Part shown: positions 6,855-15,800 of the stretch, piece by piece
Layout of the letters: the number at the start of each line of letters is the position of its first letter
Position numbering within the stretch: the stretch's first letter is position 1
Assembly (NCBI RefSeq): GCF_024436055.1
Contig: NZ_JANFNH010000046.1
Location: 538-32,537, forward strand
Origin: Streptantibioticus rubrisoli
GTDB lineage: Bacteria; Actinomycetota; Actinomycetes; Streptomycetales; Streptomycetaceae
Reading direction: 5' to 3'
Length of the DNA: 32,000 bases
Notes under the pieces: model-generated
The model's input: only the letters and a program-made list of their open reading frames with translations
Database searches by the model: none
What the model was told of the DNA's origin: nothing
Made by a program: the position numbers and the translations under genes

Positions 6855-9800
6855 GTGAGCCGATCCGAGTCCGTCCGCGCGAGCGACAACGCCATCGCGG
6901 TGGTGGGGGTGGCCTGCCGGTTGCCGTCCGCAGAGGATCCCCAGCGGTTCTGGCGGCTGCTGACCGGCGGGACGAGCGCGGTGGCGCACGTACCGCCGGG
7001 TCGGTGGAGCAACGAGGCACCGGCCTCCGGTACGACGGGGCGGGGTGCCTTCCTGGACGAAGTCGACCGTTTCGACGCCGAGTTCTTCGGGATCTCTCCC
7101 CGTGAGGCTCGGTCGATGGACCCGCAGCAGCGTCTCGCGCTGGAGCTGGGCTGGGAGGTCCTAGAGGATGCGGGCGTCCTGCCAGCCGCGCTACGGGGCA
7201 GCGACACCGGGGTGTTCGTCGGCGTGACCGCGGACGACTACAGCGCACTGGACCGGCGCAGGGGACCGTCGGCGGTCGGGCACCACACCCTCACCGGCCT
7301 GAACCGCAGCGTGATCGCGAACCGAATCTCCTACTTCCTGGGGTTCCGAGGGCCGAGCCTGGTGGTGGACACCGGGCAGTCATCCTCGCTCGTGGCGGTG
7401 CACCTGGCGTGCGAGAGCCTGCGGCGCGGGGAGTCGGCGACGGCGCTGGCCGGGGGTGTACACCTCAACCTGGTACGGGACAGTGCGGTTGCGGCGGACC
7501 AGCTCGGTGCCCTGTCCCCGGACGGCCGCTGCTTCACCTTCGACGAACGCGCCAACGGGTACGTGCGCGGCGAGGGCGCGGGAATGGTGCTGCTCAAGCC
7601 GCTGGCCAGGGCACTGGCTGACGGCGATGAGATCTACTGCGTCATCGAGGGGAGCGCGGTCAACAACGACGGCCCGGCCGAAGGGCTGACGACACCCGAT
7701 CCACGCGGGCAGCAGGCGGTGTTGCGGGCGGCGTGCCGACGTGCGGGCGTGGACCCGGCCGAGGTGCAGTACGTGGAGCTGCACGGGACCGGAACCCGGG
7801 TGGGCGACCCGGTGGAGGCGGCGGCGCTCGGTGCCTTCTACGGGGCGGGCCGCCTCGCGGACAGTCCGCTGCTGGTCGGCTCGGTGAAGACGAACGTGGG
7901 GCATCTGGAGGGCGCCGCGGGCATCACCGGCTTGATGAAGGTCGTGCTGTCGCTGCGGAACGGCGAGCTGCCGGCGAGCTTGAACTTCGAACGGCCCAAC
8001 TCGCGGATCCGCTTCGACGAATGGCGCCTGGAGGTGGTGACGGCGACCCGCCCCTGGCCCTACCGCGACGGCCGGGCGTTGGCCGGGGTGTCCTCGTTCG
8101 GCATGGGCGGCACCAACTGCCACCTGATCGTGTCCGCCGCCGAGCCAGCGCCCGGGATGGTGCCCGCGGACGCGGGAGCCAATGACGTCAGCGGCACTGT
8201 GCCGTGGCCGCTGTCGGGGCGAACCCCGGACGCCCTCCGCGCGCAGGCCGCCGACCTGGCCCGCCACATGGAGGAGAACCGGCACCTCGATCCGGTGGAT
8301 GTGGGTTTCTCCCTGGCGGCCACCCGGACCGCTTTCGACCAGCGTGCCGTCGTCCTCGCACCGGGCCGTACAAGTGGACTGGGTGCGCTGGAGGCGCTGG
8401 CCGACGGGGCGTCAGTTCCCGGCGTGGTGCGGGGGACCGCCGACGTCGAGGGCAAGACGGTGTTCGTCTTCCCCGGCCAAGGCTCGCAGTGGGCGGGCAT
8501 GGGCGCCCAGTTGATGGTGGAGTCCCCGGCGTTCGCCGAGCGGCTAGCCGACTGCGCCGCCGCGCTCGCGCCCCATGTGGACTGGTCGCTGCTGGAGGTG
8601 TTGCAGCAGGCCGACGGGGCGCCGTCGCTGGAGCGGGTGGATGTGGTCCAGCCCGTCTCCTGGGCGGTGATGGTGTCCCTCGCGGCGCTGTGGCAGGCGC
8701 ACGGGGTGCTCCCGGACGCGGTGGTGGGGCATTCGCAAGGGGAGATCGCGGCGGCGTGCGTGTCCGGCTCGCTGTCACTTCAGGACGCGGCGCGGGTCGT
8801 GGCGCTGCGCAGCCGGATCATCGCCCGCCGACTGGCGGGGGAGGGCGGCATGCTGTCGGTGCCGTTGCCGCAGGCCGAGGTCGAGGCACGACTGTCCCGC
8901 TGGGACGGCCGGATCTCGGTCGCGGCGGTCAACGGGCCCGCCTCGGTTGTGGTCTCCGGTGGACCGGAGCCGCTGGACGCGCTGTTCGAGGAACTCGCGG
9001 GCGCCGGCGTACGGGTACGCCGTATCGCGGTGGACTACGCCTCCCACTCGGCACAGGTCGAGCAGGTACGTGAGGAGTTGACGACCGCGCTGGAGGGTAT
9101 CGTCCCGAACCGTGCACAGGTGCCGTTCTTCTCCACGGTGACCGGCGGGTGGCTGGACACCACCGCCATGGACGCCGGGTACTGGTACCGAAACCTGCGA
9201 CAGACCGTCGGTTTCGCACCGGCGGTGCGGGCGTTGCTGGGGCAGGGCTACCGGTTCTTCGTCGAGGTCAGCTCCCACCCCGTGCTGACCGGCGGAATCC
9301 AGGAGATCACCGATGGGGTCGGCGCCCGGGCGGTGGCCGTCGGCACGCTGCGCCGGGATCTGGGCGGCAGGGACCGGTTCCTGACCTGTCTGGCGGAGTT
9401 GTACGTCGGTGGGGCGCCAGTCGACTGGTCGCGGACGTTCGCCGGGACCGGCGCCCGGCGGGTGGCCCTGCCGACTTACGCGTTCCAGCGGGAGCGGTAC
9501 TGGCTCCCGGAGCCGACCAGCGGTGCCGCGCCGCAGGAGGCAGGCGAGGTCGCGCCGGTGTCTGGGAGCGGGCAGGCCGTCGTGGTGGATGGGCACGCTG
9601 CCGGTATGGAGCAGGTTCGCGTGGGATCCGACGCCGCGTGGACGCGCGCCGGACTGGCGCGGCTGGTGCGTACGGAGACCGCGGTCGTGCTCGGCCACTC
9701 CTCCGCGGACCAGATGAACCCGGCGCGCTCCTTCCGGGAGCTGGGCTTCGACTCGGCCATGACGGTGGAGCTGGTGACCCGTCTGAGGGCCGCCACCGGA

Positions 9801-12800
9801 CTGCGTATGGCCAACACCGTGCTGTTCGACCACCCCACGCCAGACCGGATCGCGGATCATCTGGCCGCTGGGTTCACCCGCCCGGCAACCGGTGGTGTGC
9901 CGCCGGAGCCCGGCGCCGTCGAGGCGGACGATCCGGTCGTGATCGTGGGCATGGCCTGCCGCTTCCCCGGCGGGGTGGCCTCGCCGGAGGAGCTGTGGGA
10001 CCTGATCTCGGGCGAGACGGACGCCATCTCCGCGATGCCCACCGACCGCGGGTGGGCGTCGGAGATGCTGGCGACCGGCAGGCCGGGCGGGTTTTTGTAC
10101 GACGCGGACCGTTTCGATGCGGCGCTGTTCGGGATCTCGCCGCGTGAGGCGCAGGCGATGGACCCGCAGCAGCGGCTGGCGCTGGAGGTGAGCTGGGAGG
10201 CCGTGGAGCGGGCCGAGATAGCTCCGTCGTCCCTGCACGGCAGCCGGACCGGGGTGTTCGTGGGGGCGATGGCCCAGGACTACGGTCCGCGGTTGAAGGA
10301 CACCGCCGGTGACGCGGAAGGGTATCTGCTGACCGGTACCTCGCCGAGCGTCCTTTCCGGCCGGATCGCCTACACCCTGGGGCTGCGGGGTCCGGCGCTG
10401 ACCGTGGACACGGCCTGCTCCTCATCGCTGGTGGCGTTGCATCTCGCAGCGCAGGCGCTGAGGGCCGGCGAGTGCTCCCTGGCCCTGGCCGGCGGTGTCA
10501 CCGTGATGTCCGAGCCGGGGATCTTCATGGAGTTCGCCCGGCAGGGCGGTCTGTCACCCGACGGCCGCTGCAAGGCGTACGCGGAGGCCGCGGACGGCAC
10601 CGGGTGGTCCGAGGGCGTGGGCATCCTGGTGCTGCAACGGCTCTCGGACGCGATCCGGGACGGCCACCATGTGCTGGCGGTCCTGCGCGGTTCCGCGGTC
10701 AACTCCGACGGCGCGTCGAACGGCTTGACCGCGCCGAGTGGGGTCTCGCAGCGGCAGGTGATCCGCCAGGCCCTGGGCGCTGCGGGCTTGGTGCCCTCGG
10801 ACGTGGACGCGGTGGAGGGGCACGGCACCGGCACCCGGCTGGGTGACCCGATCGAGGCTCAGGCGCTGTTGGCCACCTACGGGCATGACCGGGACCGTCC
10901 GCTGCTGCTGGGGTCGTTGAAGTCCAACATCGGGCACACCCAGGCCGCCTCCGGTGTCGCGGGGGTCATCAAGATGGTCCTGGCGATGCGGCATGGTGTG
11001 CTGCCTCGGACGCTGCACGTGGACGCGCCTTCGTCGCAAGTGGACTGGTCGGCCGGTGCCGTGGAACTGCTCACCGAAACCGTTCCGTGGCCGCGGGCTG
11101 AGCGGCCCCGCCGTGCGGGTGTGTCGTCGTTCGGGATCAGCGGCACGAATGCGCACGTGATCATCGAGCAGCCGCCACAGAACCGGCCCGCTCGTCCCGC
11201 TGTGCCCGCACCGGCCGCGCTCCCGGCACAGGCCGGGCCCGCGGTGGTGCCGTGGCCGGTGTCGGCACGTACCGAGGCGGCGCTTGAGGCCGGGCTGGAT
11301 CGGCTGACCGCCTTCGTGGCCGAGACCGGCGCGGCGGCGCCGGACGTCGGCTACTCGCTGGCGACGACACGCTCCGAGCTGGAGCACCGGGCGGTCCTGC
11401 TGGCGACGACGGGCACGGACGGCACCGTGCGCGGTGACGGGCAGGCCGCGCGGGTGGCCGGGGGCACCGCGGTCGGCGACCCCGGCCCCGTGGCGCTACT
11501 GTTCGCGGGCCAGGGCGCGCAGCGGCTGGGTATGGGCCGCGACCTGTACGCGCGGTTCCCTGTGTTCGCGGCGGCATGGGACGAGGTCTGCACGCTGCTG
11601 GACGAGCAGCTGGAGCGGCCGCTGCGCGAAGTGGTGTTCGGCGACGACGCGGGGCCGCTGAACCGTACCGAGTACGCCCAGCCCGCGCTGTTCGCCCTTG
11701 AGGTGGCCCTCTTCCGGCTGGTGGAGTCCTGGGGGGCGGTGCCCGACGTCCTGGTCGGGCACTCGGTCGGTGAGATCTCGGCGGCACACGTGGCCGGAGT
11801 GCTGTCCCTGCAGGACGCGTGCACGCTCGTCGCCGCCCGCGGACGGCTGATGCAGGCCCTGCCGGAAGGCGGCGCCATGGTCGCACTGCGGGCCACCGAG
11901 GCCGAGGTGGCGCCGCTGCTCGCCGCTTCTGGGGGCCGGGTGGGGCTGGCCGCGGTCAACGGCCCGCAGGCCGTGGTGGTCTCCGGAGAGACCGCCGCGG
12001 TCGAGGCGATCGCGGACCGGTTCGCGGCCGACGGGCGCAAGGCGACGCGGTTGCGGGTCAGTCACGCGTTCCATTCCCCGCTGATGACGCCGATGTTGGA
12101 CGGCTTCCGCACGGTCGTCGAGCGCCTGGCTCTGGGCGAGCCTCGTATCCCGATCGTCTCGACCGTCACCGGGGAGGAGATCGACGCGGAGCGGATCTGC
12201 ACTCCCGGCCACTGGGTGGAGCACGTCGGGCTGACCGTGCGGTTCGCCGACGCGATCGCCGCGGCGGCCGCGACCGGAGCGCGCACCTTCTTGGAACTGG
12301 GACCGGACGCGACGCTGTCCGCGCTGGTCCAGGACGTCCTGATCGGCGCGGAGGACGTCGAGGCGGTGCCGCTGCTGGGCCGAGACCGCGGTGAGGAGGC
12401 CACGGCGGTGACGGCGGCTGCCCGGCTGTACGTCCGCGGCGTGCCGGTGCGGTGGGCCGAGTTGTTCGCCGGGACCGGTGCGCGCCGCATCGCGCTGCCG
12501 ACTTATGCCTTCCAGCGCGACCGGTACTGGATCGCTTCCACAGACACTGGCCCGGCGGCCGGGGTGGTCTGCGCAGGCCTGGACAGTGCCGCGCCCGCCC
12601 GTCGGACCGCCGCCACCGAGGCCTCCGACCCGCTGGCCGGGCTGACGGGCGACCAGGCCCGGGCCCATCTGCTGCAGTTGCTGCGCGAGGAGGCCGCCGC
12701 GGTGCTGGGACTGGCGGGCCCGGCGGCGGTCGCGGCCGGACGGTCGTTCAAGGACCTGGGCTTCGACTCCCTGACCGCCAACCAGTTGCGCAACGCCCTG

Positions 12801-15800
12801 CGCGAACGCACGGGCCTGCGCCTCCCCTCAACACTGGTCTACGACCACCCGACCCCCGAAGCACTGGCCGCCCACCTGATGACCAGGCTGGATGGTGGGA
12901 CCGGCGAGCGGCACCAGGGCGCCGCACCGGCCCTGGCCACGACGCGCGGCCCGGCGGCCGGGACGCCCGATGCCGAGCCGATCGCGATCATCGGAATGAG
13001 CTGCCGCTTCCCCGGCCGGGTGCGTTCGCCCGAGGACCTGTGGGAGCTGCTGGTGACGGGCACGGACGCCGTCTCGCCGCTGCCCGCCGACCGCGGCTGG
13101 GACCCGGATGTCTACCACCCCGACCCGGAGCGGGCTGGCAAGACCTCCGCGGGGGCGGGTGGCTTCCTCGACGGGGCCGCCGGATTCGACGCGGGATTCT
13201 TCGGGATCTCCCCGCGTGAGGCGGCTGCGATGGACCCTCAGCAGCGGATACTGCTGGAGCTCGCCTGGGAGGCGTTCGAACGCGCCGGGCTCGACCCGGC
13301 CTCCCTGCGCGGAAGCACGACCGGCACGTTCGTCTCCGCGCTCCCCCAGACCTACGGTGCGGGAGCCTCGGCGGACGCCGACGGATACCAGCTCACCGGA
13401 ACGATCCCCAGCGTGCTGTCGGGCCGTCTGGCCTACTTCTTCGACTTGGCCGGGCCCTCGGTGACGGTGGACACGGCCTGTTCCTCCTCCCTGGTCGCGC
13501 TCCACACCGCGTGCCAGTCGCTGCGTTCGGGGGAAAGCAGCTTCGCTCTGACAGGCGGTGCGACGGTGCTGGCCAGCCCGGACGTGATGGTCTCGTTGAG
13601 TCGACACCGGGTCATGGCGCCGGACGGGCGGTGCAAGCCGTTCGCCGAGACGGCGGACGGCATGGGCATCGCCGAAGGCGCTGGCCTGCTGGTGCTGGAG
13701 AGGCTCTCGGACGCCCTGCGGCACGGCCACCAGGTGCTGGCCGTGATCCGTGGGTCGGCGGTGAACTCCGACGGTGCCTCCAACGGGCTGACCGCGCCCA
13801 GCGGTCCGGCGCAGCAGCGGGTCATCCGGCAGGCCCTGGCCAACAGCGGACTTGCCGCGTCCGAAGTCGACGCCGTCGAGGCACACGGTACCGGCACCGC
13901 GCTGGGCGATCCGATAGAGGCGCACGCACTGTCGGCCACCTACGGCCAGGACCGTGGCGGCAACCCGCCATTGCTGGTCGGCTCGATCAAGTCCAACATC
14001 GGGCACACCCAGACCGCCGCCGGTGTCGCGGGTGTCATCAAGATGGTGATGGCGCTGCAGCACGGCCAGCTGCCCAAGACGCTGCACGTCACCGAGCCGT
14101 CTTCGCGCATCGACTGGAACGCGGGCGCGCTCCGTCTGCTGAACGAGACCACGCCGTGGCCCCTTCTCGGCCGACCGCGGCGGTGCGCGGTCTCGGCATT
14201 CGGTATGAGCGGCACCAACGCGCACGCCATCCTTGAACAGGCTCCCACGCTCGCCGATCAGCCCGTGAGCGGGACCAACGCGCTGGCCGGACTCGTCCCG
14301 GCGCCCGCCGACCAGCCCCTGCCGGGCCCGGCATCGGGCGACCCGGTGGCCTGGCCGCTCTCGGGCAAGTCCACCGCCGCGCTACGCGCCCAGGCCCGGA
14401 AACTCCTCACCCACCTGGAGAACCACCCCGAGCTGCGGCTCATCGACGTCGGATACTCGCTAGCGACGACCCGTACCGCGTTCGAGCACCGGGCGGTGCT
14501 GGTCGGCGATGACCGCGCGGCGTTGCACGAGAGCCTGACCGCCCTGGCCCAGGGCACCCCGCATCCCGGTGTGCTGCGGGGAACCGCGCCCGAACGCGGC
14601 CCGGTGGTGTTCGTCTTCCCCGGTCAGGACGCGGCCTGGCCCGGAATGGCGGCCAAGCTCCTGGACGCCTCGCCCGTCTTCGCCGCCCGCGCCGAGGAGT
14701 GCCAGGCGGCCCTGGCCCCCTACGTCGACTGGTCGCTCGCCGACGTGATGCGTGGCGAGCGTGGTGCGCCTCCGTTCGAGGGGCGGCCCGACGTGCAGCA
14801 GCCCGTGCTGTGGGCCGTCATGGTCTCTCTCGCCGCTGTGTGGCGTTCGCTCGGGGTCGAGCCTGCTGCGGTTGTCGGTCATTCCCAGGGTGAGGTCGCT
14901 GCCGCCTGCGTCAGCGGCGGTTTGTCCCTGGAGGACGGTGCCCGTGTGGTGGCGCTGCGCAGCCGCCTGATCCGTGAACGGTTGTCCGGAAGCGGCGCGA
15001 TGATGTCGGTGATGGCCCCGCCCGAGCAGGTCCAGGCGGTGCTGGACGAGGTCGGCGGCGCGGTTTCGATCGCGGCGGTCAACGGCCCGAGGATCGTGAC
15101 GATCTCCGGCGACCCGGCCGCTCTGAACGAGGTCGAGCGCGGCCTGTCCGCTGCCGGGCTCATGCGCTGGCGGCTTCCCGGGGTGGACTTCGCCGCCCAC
15201 TCCGCGCACATCGACCAGATCGAGCCCGAATTGCTGGAGCTGTTGGCCGACGTAACGCCCCGCGCGTCGCAGGTGCCGTTCTACTCCACGGTGACCGGAG
15301 GCCGCCTGGACACCAAGGAACTGGACGCCCGCTACTGGTGCCGCAACCTGCGCGAGACCGTGTCCTTCGCCGAGACGATGACGGGCCTGGTGCGCGAGGG
15401 GCACGGCGTCATGATCGAGGTCAGCCCGCATCCCGTGCTCGCGGTCGGCACCATCGAGATCATCGAGAACGCGGGCAGCCTCGCGGTCACCCTGGGCACA
15501 CTGCGCCGCGACGACGGCGGATGGGACCGCGTCGTGCGCTCGCTGGGGGAGGCCCACGCCCACGGGGTGCCCGTCGACTGGCCGACGGTGCTGGCCGGTG
15601 GCCGCGCGGTGGACCTGCCGACCTACGCTTTCCAGCACGAGTCCTACTGGACCGCCCCGCCCACCCCGGCACCCCACACATCCGGCTCCGCCGCCGGACC
15701 GCTGTGGGAGGTGGTGGACCAGCAGGACGCCGCTGCCCTCGCCACGCTCATCGGTCTCGACGCCGAACACAAGGACGCTCTCGACGCGGTACTCCCCGCG

